In this document: piece by piece, positions 23,801-36,444 of the stretch
How the letters are laid out: each line of letters begins with the position of its first letter
Numbering within the stretch: the first letter of the stretch is position 1
Assembly: GCA_977030845.1 (NCBI GenBank)
Contig: OZ365111.1
Span: 47,802,001-47,866,000, forward strand
Length of the DNA: 64,000 bases
Source of the DNA: Fimbriosthenelais zetlandica
Lineage: Eukaryota
Direction: 5' to 3'
Position numbers and translations under genes: made by a program
The notes under the pieces: generated by a model
What the model saw: only the letters and a program-made list of their open reading frames with translations
Told to the model about the DNA's origin: nothing
Databases searched by the model: none

Positions 23801-24537
23801 AAACAAAAGGAAATTCCCTGGCAGCAGACTAAATGCTTAACAATAGTCGTCCCCTCCCTCCATACAAACCAAGCCTCCACCACTGCCTATACCTGCCAAA
23901 CCTCTCTCTGCCTGGCCTCATTGTTAGATCACTGCCTCGTTATCACAAGATCCAAAATAAGATCTCGCAAAAACATTTATACTATTACAAATTGTGCTAC
24001 TTTTTCAGCAAATCACTGCATAAAATACAAAGGCAGATTTGCAGTCAAATGTACAGTATACTGGTCTATAATTAAGCCTACTGGGTTTCTGTGACTAATG
24101 ATGGTAATGGATAGGTTGGGTGAATATTTGTTAAACGTTTGGCCAAACTGTTTGGTTCGGTCAACATTTTTTCAGCTAAACAAATTAAGCACAAGGAACA
24201 TTTACTTGATCATCATCTGGGAGTAGCTCGTATGTAATCTAGATGGGATCTGTTAATGCTTCTACTGGCTTCAATTCTTTCTGCCTTGTGGACCATGTAT
24301 GATTAGAGCTCCGAGGGTCATTGCTCTAACTGTCTTAGTCTGGGTGGATCTACTATGATCCTAACGTTTAATCAAGCCTTTCATCCTGGCTAATCAAACC
24401 CAGTAATCAAGGCTCTACATGCTGATAGTCAAGGTAAAGTGGAACTCAATTACTGAAACCACACCCTGGTCCAGGACGAGAGGGGAGGGACATGAAAGAG
24501 GGGATGGATTGGATAGTCCATTAGATGCAATATTGTA

Positions 24538-24587
24538 GGAAGGAAGGAAGGATTATTGGATGGATGGATGGATGGATGAATGGATGA
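24538..24587. repeat. (GGAA)n/(GGAT)n microsatellite
   Basis: Read directly from the sequence. Confidence 0.85.
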
Positions 24588-27500
24588 AGAACGGGAATGG
24601 CCAGAGAGATGCAACGGAGATTGTGTGAGTGTGATCTTGAATTTCTGAGCACACATCCACAAAAATCTTCCATATATACATGTACTTGCATATATCCATG
24701 TAAAAAGGAGGAATACATGGGAATAACCCATAAAAATACAAGAAATCCCAGACCAAAATATTGAACACTATTTGGGCTGGTCTGACAGCCCGGCAAAGTG
24801 AATGTATAGAATATGATGCTACAATACCTGATGATACGGGAACCTCTAGTGAGTCAGACACAGGGAGGGGGGAGTCACATGATCAGTCACGTGATATGAC
24901 CTAAACAAACCACGTGTATAATATACACATGTACAATGATATCAAATACCAGTCTTTTAAACATCTGTTTTGGGAGGGACTCAAAGAAGACATCCGTCTT
25001 AGATATCCTGACTAAGGTTATATTCATCATTGAATTATATACCTAGTTTTTAATCTATCCATTAATAGTAATAGTTATGTAATAGATATCTACAAAGGCG
25101 TAGTCCTATTAATTATTGAAATCACAATTTGTCACTACGTTAGTCACATCTACAAAATACATTTGTACAGGAGTAACAGGTGCTACCACCTCGTGGCTTG
25201 TGGCTGAAGTAAAGCTCCAGTTAGTTACCGTAAAGCCCACCAGAGGAACGAACTTCAACATGGAAGACTCCAATCTAACATCATGCAAACCTGTCCTACA
25301 ATCTTTCAAGGATGTTGCAATTCAAATGATTAAATAAATCAAATTTTGAAAAACATCAAATAACAACAGGGTTTAGGCAACCTCAGTACAGATAGGACGA
25401 TGATTTTATCATTTGCAGATTGTTTGAGTAACCTACATAACGAAATGCTCAAAGGTAGACTAGTAGAGTTGCTCTGAACATAGCATATTATTATGAATAA
25501 ATGCTATATTTTTCCCATATTCGACAGATTATTTGTGCGAGGGATGGGAGGGTAAAAGGGCGGGGATGGGGCGTTGGAGATGCCCACTAATATTTTGGGT
25601 CCATGTCCATAAGTCTGGACTCCTTCCTTTAGATTTTTTGACGCACGGCTAGTAAATTTTGGGGGCATGCAAGATTTGCATCATTCTCCCTGAAGAAGAC
25701 CCCTTCTAGGTTGAAAAATGTAGGGATGCCATACCATTTTAACATCGAAAATTGAAGTGTTTTGGGGGAGTTTGTTAAATTCTTACATCCATGCAAGATT
25801 TTTTTAATTACAAAATCTATGAGGCTTGAACCTACTTTAGCCAACCGGTGTAGGCAGCGGACGAGTTGCGCGACCAATCAGATGTTATAGTAGCAGACTC
25901 GGAGAAGGACATTATCCAGCGTGGTGACCATGGGGTGCGGAATGTGTCGTGGAGAAAGGGCGGCGGGTGGAGGAATAGAACGGGCCATCCACCGTAGAGG
26001 GCGCTCCTATAGCAGGACCAGCACCACAAAGGGCAGCAGTAGAGGCCGGTGGTGGGGTGGTGGTGGTGGTGGGTGGAGTGTTGGTGGTGGCCCTCAGCTA
26101 AGAGAGGAAATACCAGACACACCAAACCTAACACCTCGTATAATATATGATACAAATATACCAAGACATCAAGCAGAAGATGGGAGGGGGTGTTTAAAAT
26201 TTTAAAACTATTAAAAAATTAGACTGAGTAGAAAGAGAGAGGGGATATTTAAATTTTAAAATGTATGGGGGTATTTATATTAAATATAGAAAAAAAGGAA
26301 TATTGCTTAAAAATATAGGTAATGGGGAATCTTAGCTCTTTCCAGAGACCAGATAAATCTTTAAAAAAAATACTCTTATTTTCGCGTGGAGGGTAATATT
26401 CATAATCAAAGATGAAGAATGGATTTCAAGATGAAAGCTGACACCAAGTGACTCTATGAATTATGTTCGCTTCTGCATTGACGTAAAACCAGTCTAGACA
26501 GATAAAGCTCAAATATAGTAGAGGGTATACTTATGAAATTTAGTATAAAGTATCATTATTGTTGCTGCATGAAATAATGAAATAATCACCAAAATATGAA
26601 TTCTCAGATTACCCGGATAAATATTTAATATCATTTTTTTTTCATATCCATTAAGCTAGAGTTGAAATATGCCCAAATTATATTTTTTTGCAGATGGAAT
26701 TGGAAGACCCCATACATGTACAGAGCCTCAGTTGATTGACCATCTTGCGTCATTAAAAAAGAATACCAAGAGAAATGGAAAAAACATTCAATGTGTTTTC
26801 ACCAGGCACGGGCAGCGGTCGATGGTACAGTCAGTCAGTCATACAGACACAGCTGTTTTTATGTTTAGAATCGCATCGAGGGAAGCTGTACAAGTCCGGA
26901 CCAGAAGCTGATCCCCCCAAACGGATAATCCATCACTTCACAGGCGGGATTATCAGATTATACGTGTAATTGTGAAGCTTCTGTAAAGCCAGAGCTTGTC
27001 TCCATAGATGGCTGATATTTCATATGAATATTTCAATATTATCCCCAGAAAAGGTATAGGGATATGTCAGTGTTAAAATATGGATATAGCTGAGCTATGT
27101 GTCTGGTCTACAGAGGGATTAACAAGTCTTTCGCTATCCACACAGTGATTGCTGATTGATTTAATAAGGGGAATAGGGCACTGCTCAAAGTGCCACGTCC
27201 TGTTCTATTTGAATCTGATCAAAACCTGTGTCCTATTGGGGACTGTGAGTGTCTGGGAAATGTAATTTCCATGTTGCCTGTACTGTACCTCACTCAGCCA
27301 AAGGTTGAGGTCTAATATAAAGAAAGATTCACAGCTGGTAAAAAGCTCGGTATCAAACATATAGCCATTATTTGTTCCACCTTTGAAAGCTTTATTTTAA
27401 AACAAAAATCACTTTCTGTGATGGCCCCTATTCTTCTGAAATGCCTGGCCCGTTTCTAGAATCGTTTAGTCCCTGCTTGCATAAAAATACATTATCATTC

Positions 27501-29127
27501 ATTTCATCATAAAAGTTACAATGATATACATCCTGCTCAGCAGAAATGTACAGCAGGCCAGTGTTTTAGTGGGACTGTCATATTTCAGTGATGAAAGCCA
27601 CAGTGTACTGGACCGCTAGGCCTGATAGTATAGTCTAAATCCTGTAATAATCTCAGGTCATAACCCCCAGATTATCCATTATTATAAAAGTACATCATCA
27701 TTCACCACAATATCATAGAATATTTATAGATATTATGGCAGTCTATGAATAGATAAGTTATATCTTGTCATAGTTTGACAGTGGTGGCAAGGTTCAGGAA
27801 TCTTGTCCTGAGATTTTATTTAGCCAAAGTCTATGTTTGCGGATTCATGCCAAATCAGATAATTTCCTAAATTCATATTAATTTAATTCATCAGAACCCG
27901 AATGAGTTTGAGAAATAAAAAAAATCCAAGAACAAAAGAATTACTTCTCCATGAATAATGTATGGGTAATGTGAAGAGAGCATCTTCAACATGGCCGCTA
28001 CCCGGGCAGTGTGAATGTGCCATCTTTGACACGGACCAGGGTTTAAAGCTATGAGGGTGTGTTATACACACTGGATGTTGACACAGCCTGACTGACCTTT
28101 AGCTATTGACGTCTTCCTCCAGGGACTCACTGACCTGAGTACGTCTGACTCTCCCAGGGTGGAATGAGGGGCGGGGGGGGGGGGGGGGGGGAGCAACAGT
28201 CTGCCTTTTAAAGGGCAGTAGAATTATCCCCAGTATCAACATTGTATGTATACATGATACTACCGAGTCTGAAGTTTTAAATCTGAGCATATTTAGAATG
28301 CGCATTAGCCGCTATATCCCACGGGCCCGGTACGTAAAAGTATTTTATTTTTTACATCTTTTTCTAGAGCTTTCTTAAACAAAATTTTCCCGACATGGCT
28401 ATTTTCAATGCGAGTGTGCTTAAAATATGGTTTTGTAAGTAGCACGAAGCATTAGAGTGACCAACATTATCTACCTTTTAGAGGTCTATATTTTTATACA
28501 CATTTTAAGGCTGTCCCTGTGTTGTGATACACTTTATAGAGCTGTAGTAAGTCGCCACCGTCCATGGACCATTTTCATAAACTACTGGCAGTTTTCGCCC
28601 TCCGGGGAGTCAGCAATGGTTCCATGTCGTGAGGCACGAGCAGCATGAATGTCACGTATAGGCGACTACCGCAATTTGTCCTAAAATCGATTCCACGGAG
28701 AAGCCTGAATTATTATAAATTTCACTAAGTACTTCAATATTTCACTCTTAATTCAATCCATGGAAATATTCAAGACCGAAGCGGTTGAAAAACTGCTTCA
28801 AGATTATCCCATTTTCACAGGAACATCCAGATAATTTGGACGATCAAATTAATTAGTGTTTCTTTTGTGAATTAATCCAATTACGGGCGAAGACATTTTT
28901 CTTGGTATTTGTATTTTTGAACATCTAATTAACGGAAAAGGAGAACAACTAATTAAAGCAATTGGGGAAGACATCTCTGAGCAGATCTAGGAAGATATTT
29001 GAGAATATTACATGGTTGGCGGGAGCATGGAGGGGAGATGATCAAGGAGAATGTGGGTCAGAGACGCGACTACTAGGTTGACCTATACATGTGTCACATG
29101 AATCATGGTCAGTAGCGGCTATTCAGT

Positions 29128-29129
<2 letters not shown>

Positions 29130-29159
<30 letters not shown>
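29130..29159. repeat. Poly-G run (30 nt)
   Basis: Direct; similar G-runs at about 8593, 28170, 31537, 43965 and 44487. Confidence 0.9.
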
Positions 29160-29160
<1 letters not shown>

Positions 29161-32100
29161 GTGGTGGCATAGGGATGACTCTGACTATGCACTGCAAAAA
29201 CAGATGCAGTCAAACCAATGATAAGTATGCACATCCAACCTCCACAGTAACTGGGGACTATATTTATACCTCCACAAAATAACACTTGTCCTATACTACT
29301 GGCTATATCTCAACTAAGTACCATTCCCATAGGGCTGGTAGGACTCAACTATGGTATACCGGCCCTTGGTTGTACAGCTCCCTTCTGCCCACTAAGTCAA
29401 TAAAGTGGGCCAGTGCAAAGTGTAAATGGCTTTGCTAAGACTCAGTATAAGATAGTCAGTTGTACAGGCCAGTTTTTGGCCCCAGCCTGTCAAATGACTT
29501 AAACCAGATCGACAATTGGGTTGACAGATGTCCAATTAACTAAAACATACATTTCCACAATTACTATATTGGAATTTAAAATACAGATTCAGTGGAAATC
29601 GGGAATATTATTGCCATTAAAATCCATGATTCCCGTATAAAAAAAATAATGCGGAGGCAGATTTAAAGTACATGAGAGTGCATGTATTGGACTCTTTGAC
29701 CCGTGAGGTCATCAGATAATGTCTAAAACACCATCCAATGTGCGTACATGGAGAGCATTCCTGTTTAGAGAACATTATAAAGAAATATTGGTCGAGACAA
29801 GCCACAAGTTGGTGTTATCAGGAGATGAATGGGCTGGGTTTCCGATGGCAGACTCTGATATGGCTGCGGGCTCGAGAAGCATTTTTCATCTTCTTGATCC
29901 CCTGCAGAGCTCGGAACAAGCCAGTAATGGCTTCCGCTTCCTGATATGTTGAACAATATTCCCACCCAATATGACTGGTATGTGGACGACAAATAGGTGG
30001 CCCATCTGACAATAAACATTATCAGAGCAGGTAACAAACAGACATAGATAGCACTGATCTAATATATTTGTGCAGGAAATGCTTCAGAGAAAATGCCTTC
30101 TAATTTAGAAGTCTGTTTCTCAATAGAAATCTTCAATATATTTCACTCATGAATATTCAAAATTTGTAATAGATTTTAATCTGAATATTTCTAAGTTCCA
30201 AGAACGTGATGAGCATCTCATTAAGTCCTACTCCTTGCCACTAGATGGCAGTGAAATAAAATTAGAAGCCGATCCATTAATTAGGACATGGAAAAAAATG
30301 CCATGAGAATTGTATATAGACAGATATGAACCTTGGACCATTTGATTAGAAGAAGCAAGAGTCGTGAAGTGTGCAAGCACCTGATAATAAATGTAGAGAG
30401 TAGTGTTTCTAGAGGAGAGTGCCGCTTCATCATGCTAATTCTCATACACATTGCCTGTGTTTGCCACACGTTCCTCTCGTTCAGTTTGCACTGTGTGTCA
30501 ATTACAGTTTTTATCACCATTATCTCAGTGCTTGGTCCTCACTGTCTGCTCATCTCTATAGTGGAGTTATACTCTAGGGGGGCAGGCCTGTAGACTGGAT
30601 GGGGAGTTGCTCAGCGGGCGTTCCTACTGAACTCTCACTGCCATATTTGGTGTTTATGCATACGGTCATGCAGATCTACTTCCCAGCACACTTGTTAGAA
30701 TTTTCAAAATTGAGTGAAAATACATAAATTGTGGAATAAAATATTTGACCACAGCTGTGCTCAAAATGACAACCAAGATCATGATGTTGTATAGAGGATA
30801 TTCTCATAGAACAAAAGCTTACCAAAAAATATTTATATATTTAAACCTTCTGATGGAAAACGTAGAAAATTCATTGGGTTTCCCAGAAAAAAAGTATAAA
30901 CTTCATACACTTTGAAAAGTCTATGTATAAATTTATAATTTTTTTTCTTTCCAAATAGACAATACAACCACTTGTTGGATGCTGGATATCAAGCAGTTCA
31001 TATGGATACAGATGTGTAGACAGGAGAAGCGAGGGGTGGGGAGGGGGCTACACTGTGCTGGAGGACTTATATTCCAGCCAGCACGAGCTGCTAGAGAGAA
31101 AAGTGAAGGTGCCTCCAGACAGTCAGGCCGTGAGCTACATGATGGATGCACCTCACCCCACCTCCCCCAGACACACCCAGGAGATGTGGGCAGTCCGACA
31201 GGGGGCAGTTAGAGGTGAGGGTAGGAAGGTGTAGGGGATGGGAGAGTGGTCAGTGAAATGGGATGTTTAGACAGTAGGCAGGATGAAGGGCCAGTTAAAG
31301 TGGATTATGGTAAGAGAAGGTATGGAGAAATGGATGAGAGTTTGATCCAGCTGTGAAGCCTCAGGACAGGTTGATGATATATCTGGGCTCTTTATATAAG
31401 CATCTTTTTCCTTGTGGTGACATATCATAAGGCACAATATAGCAGCCCAGATTCTGTCTGTATCTAAAACACTATTGTTGGAAGGGCTTTGATCCTACAA
31501 AAGGGCATACAAAGTCCTTTTTTTTTTTTGGGGGTGTGGGGGGGGGGGGGAGCATTAAACATGACCTCTCTGGGAAACTCAAATACTTCCACACTACTAA
31601 TGCGTGGGAATTCCACCAGAGTTATGAGGTATGAATTTAGGACCTTAAATACTGAATAGAAATGTGTAAAAATATCCATAATAATATTGGATACAGTGTA
31701 ATGGAAGTGAAGGGAGCCATTGAATGGAAACATGAGAAAGTACAGGGATTGGATTCCCATCTCCTCTCCATTAGATACATAGAACATGAGAGTCTGAGAA
31801 CCAACCTGCCCCACAGAATGTCGTTCCCAGTCCAAACAAGCATAATATTCTCCCTCTATACATTGTCCAGCGGCAATATGGGTGAGATAGGAGGGTGCTT
31901 GTGGCACAAACCAGAAGAGGCAGTAGTGGAGGAGCTGGGCAGCATAAAGCAAGCCAGCAGTGGTGGGCGGTATAGGGGATGTATTGATGCCCTGTCTCAG
32001 GTCACAGTCAACTGTAGCTCAGTCTCTCTAGGAGATTGGCATTTCGTGGAGCCACTTAGAAGCGTGGCCAGCATCAACTGGAGGCATAAGTAGTGTAGAA

Positions 32101-33039
32101 TGTTTTCTTGTATTCTCTTGGGGAAAAATACAGGGAAAGGGAGTCCTATAGTTATATGAGTCAGAGGTATTTTTCCAATTTAAAATCCCCCATTTGTTTT
32201 TTTCTAAATTATGGATTTAATATTAGGTGATCTCAGAAAAACAGTTTCGAGCTGTGGGAACAAAACTTCCCAATTCTGATTATTTTCCAAAATTCCTGGG
32301 TGGATATATGGACCTATATCGATTTTAATACAACTTAAATTGAAGCTGATGATGCACCGCTGTGAAAATGTTGACACTGGTCAATCATAATCCCCGATTT
32401 TTCCCTGGCAGGAAAAAGGGACACTCTCTACCCAGGTACTAGGTATGAGATTCAGAGAACACTGCCACATGATAGATTGGCTAAGGCAGCAGCTAATGTA
32501 TAGGAAATAGGCAGGTCTCACACGACCACAATCACTAAGATGCCCCTGTATCTTGAGTAGCCTGTAAAGCTAATTATGACTGACTTTATGAGTCAGTCAC
32601 AAAACGTCCATCCACTCTCCCCAATGATCAATGAGGGCAATTTTCAATGCCAGACTGGCGGGAGAATATTAATATTATATGGTCTGGAGGTGTCTAAAAA
32701 TAGCATCCATTTATACGTGGATATTACACAATGAAGGGAATATAAGAACCCAATCAATTGTCAATTTCTTATATATTGACAGAGCAATGAAGAGATGCTA
32801 GTCAAAATAGGACCTATTATTGACAGTGTCACAAAATATGGTTCACATAACAGAGGAGATGGCAATGATTCTCAGTATTGATCAGTATTAAAATATTAAT
32901 TTCTCTCATCTCAATCACTGCTCCACTAAAATCAATTATTCAACAGACTAAAATATTTGCTGGTCTGTGTTTTGTTTCCAATATTTCACTGGTGAATTGA
33001 GCAGATTGTCTTGCAATGTAACATAGTATTTTAGGCGAT

Positions 33040-33255
33040 AACTTCTCAGAGATCCGATAAAAGGGACCAGCCTCTCAAAACCTAACCTAGATACTTTGAT
33101 TTCAATATGAAGTTTTGTATACCAAAGATTCTATGAATGAGCTATGTGTAGCAAAAACCATACAAGTAAAAAGGATAATCTCTTTTAACTATTCTCAGAA
33201 ATCTGATAAAAAGGAGCAGCCTGACAAAACCTAACCTAAGTACTTTGATTTCAAT
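33040..33255. repeat. Two diverged direct copies of a ~65-bp unit, about 150 bp apart
   Basis: ttctcagagatccgataaaagggaccagcctctcaaaacctaacctagatactttgatttcaat vs ttctcagaaatctgataaaaaggagcagcctgacaaaacctaacctaagtactttgatttcaat. Confidence 0.8.
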
Positions 33256-36200
33256 CAGTTTTTTTCTTGTTTCAGAGAATGAGCTCTGTATATAAACCTA
33301 TAAACATGAATAATACATGTAGGTGGTTTATTTATGATAGTTTATATGTGTGAGCTTGCTCTCTATTGATCATTTCACACGGTTATTACCTACAGTAAGT
33401 AGTTACCGGGCTATGGGTATATATGTTATGAATCCCCAGGCACTCCCTTTCTATACCAATACAATACCACACGGGAACATAATAGAAGCCCATAGACTCC
33501 ATACAATTCAATCAGGTGCGAATTGGTGGTGTGACTAGGACAAGCATTGAGCTGATAAGAGAGTGAGAGAATAGGCATCTTATAGGCTTAATGTAAGGAG
33601 GTGGTTGTATTGAAAAACAGCTAAGAACAATACCCTCTGATGAGCAATTATTTCAGAGGGACGAGAAAATGAGGCAGCTTAAAAGCTGTGGAAATGAATA
33701 GGATAAATGTGATGTGATTAATTTTTCTCAGATAATGGTTATGAGTTTGATCCAGGTTATATGGGAAAACGAAAATCCACCTTATATTTTAATAGAGAAT
33801 TTATACCTTCATTCATGTGTATGAGTGTAATGAATATCTAATTCTATTGAAAATCATGATTATAAATTCCACGTTTGATATTTTAACAAAAAAATATTGA
33901 TTCAACCATTTGAGGCAAAAAGGTAAGTTCCATTGGAATGGGTGTCTTCAACTCAAAAAGATATTTCCATTAGAGTGCCCAATGCCTATGAAACTAGCTT
34001 TTCCTTAAGAAGGGCTTCGTGGATGGATTGAAAAAAAAGCTTTCTAAGGATGGTTTGCATTCCAAGTGTGTCGAGTTGTCATGGCAACTACTGGGTGGCG
34101 TAAACATGGCAAATTGTGTAAGGTATCGACCCACTGAGTCATGATCTTAGTCTGTGGCCATGTTCTCCGGATATGAACCATGGCCAATAACAATAGAGCA
34201 GAATATTCATGTTAGACATGTATGGCTATGTACATCTAATCTAGTCCGACCATTATAGGCTGCCAATATATAGATGTAATATTCAGCCATGTAGACTTTC
34301 AATGAGCTGCACCACATTTACATGAAACTGAGTCACTTCCATCCATATGTATGCAGACATGCTCGTGTATTTATCATGAATTTGGTATCTATGTACTGAG
34401 GGCCCTTTTGACCCAGTTATATTGATATTGATTTGTACACCTGGAAACATGTACTCAAGTACAAATGAACTGGGAAAATTCAGGTGGGACACATTAGCAA
34501 ATATGACCTATAGGCTATAATGTATTTTCGCACAGATTGAGGAAATGCCAGCCGCGCAATAGCCAATATAGAAATTATTTGGGCTATTTGTCTCCATATT
34601 TAACTATATCTTCAATAACATTTCATAACAGATACCTTTGAAACAAATTATGATCATCTATAATATATTTGACAATAAGCAGATATGACTGACTGCAGAC
34701 AGCCTCAGTGGCTGCTGGCGCTGGGAATAGAGCCGTCAAGGCAAAACACTTCCATACATTTTGGGTATAAATTAATACCTATGGAGCCAACTTCTCTCTT
34801 TTTTCAAATTAATTCCATTGTCCTATTATCAGATTCACAAGTAAAGGCAGAAATATTTCATGAAGTTTTTTTCCTAAACTTCCTTTCATTTTGCCTTCAG
34901 ATCTTGCTGAATTGACCCATTTTTTAACATAAGCTCAGGAGCTCAGTAGTACTAGTATACATAGAGGTTTCATCCTCTAGACTGGCTACCATCCAGTGTT
35001 AAGCTATATAAGATTGAATGTACTTTCCTGGGTTTGTGCTACATTAAGCTGCTCGGTGAAGCAGGTAGCAATTAGTGGCGAACGCCAAGGACGAAACTGG
35101 CCGGAGAACCCCTATACACCTGAGTAGATCTATATAGTCTCCCAGGGTATAGGCTGAAATTACTAAAGAAATGGATTTATGGTTATATTGGCCAGGGACT
35201 GAGATATCTTTGGATCTCTTCAACACCTCATTTCACTTTGGATCCATTAGATACTTGGAAATGAGCCAAATGAATCTGTTCCACCCACTCATAAACCAAT
35301 GCTAAAATAGTGGGTTGGAAAGACATTGATTGAATCAGTCCGACAGAATTATGTGAAAGAAACATAATTCATAAAAACGACCCTTCGTGACTCAATGAAG
35401 TTAAATTAATAATCATGGGGAAAGCCAGAGGCTGGTTCCCACACAAATGTCAGTTCACTGCTCACTTCACCTGCTGTTTTTCCAGCAAGTAACTTCAAAG
35501 GTCGAATTAATAAACCACTGGAACTGGTCTTTTGAATTCTTAATGTAACTTGATGGACATTGACATCTAGACTAGGAAAAGGTAAAGACCTTTACTCGGA
35601 CGGTCAAAACTGGTCTGACCTAAGAATTACTGAGTATATAAACTAGAATGATTCCATACTCGTCGGTCTGACCATTTTGTATTATATCTATTACCATTTC
35701 TATTATATTATGAAATGAACCTAAGGCTAAGTTGTATAAGATCCCACACATGACTCATGATACATATCTTTTATGACCTAGGTATTATGTTTTTCCTGTA
35801 TGTATAGGGGAATATTTAGATTTTGTAAGGTATAATATTAGATATGAGGGTCATGTCATATGCTCATCTGAATATAACTTTATGAGCATATCTCCACCTA
35901 TTGTGATTCAGACTGCATTCATGTCAATTATGAAACAGATCAGTGAAATATATCATTGACATGATCTAAGATCCTTTGAGAAATCTTTGAGATGATCATT
36001 AATTATCATCATGATGAATTCTCTTCTTTACCTGTTGCATAAAATGCAGGAAACAGTAACCGCACCATGAATTACCAACCTATATCAAAAGTAATCTTTA
36101 AAGTTTAAAATGGTAACATATAAACCAGAGTCTTCCCATTCAAAGCAGCAACAATAACAATAGTATTCCACCTCCAGTAATAACTGATATTAAAGAAAGC

Positions 36201-36393
36201 AAGTTATTGACCATGTTAAATGCAATAAACTAAAAGTAGTTTGAGTCAATTGGTGTCAGCTTTTTTGATAAACGTTATTTTTCACTTTTTAAGTAGCAAA
36301 TTGAGGGCTTAATTTTAGGGCATAAATCAGGGGTTTTTTTAATTACCAAAAGAGTATAGGAGGTAGGTAGGTAACAGGCTGGAGCCAACTCAC

Positions 36394-36444
36394 CATGCTA
36401 TGCTGGATGCTGTCCCGCACTGCCTGGACAGACCCTCCTCCAGC
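36394..36444 (-). other. Candidate 51-nt internal 5' exon of KLC
   Basis: Acceptor ctagttttgcag, donor ATG|gtgagt, GC-rich, open in phase 0 (AGGGSVQAVRDSIQHSM). Confidence 0.45.

Noticed and set aside
25109-25337. Protein-like ORFs on both strands
   Set aside because: Short, no recognisable family, no convincing splice sites.
29719-30037. Cluster of overlapping ORFs, one containing IKKMKN
   Set aside because: Only superficial similarity to KLC IKKI; no suitable donor or phase.
32522-32561. 40-nt exon-like segment that could end in phase 2
   Set aside because: It needs an unidentified phase-1 upstream exon and does not resemble the recalled KLC N-terminal extension.
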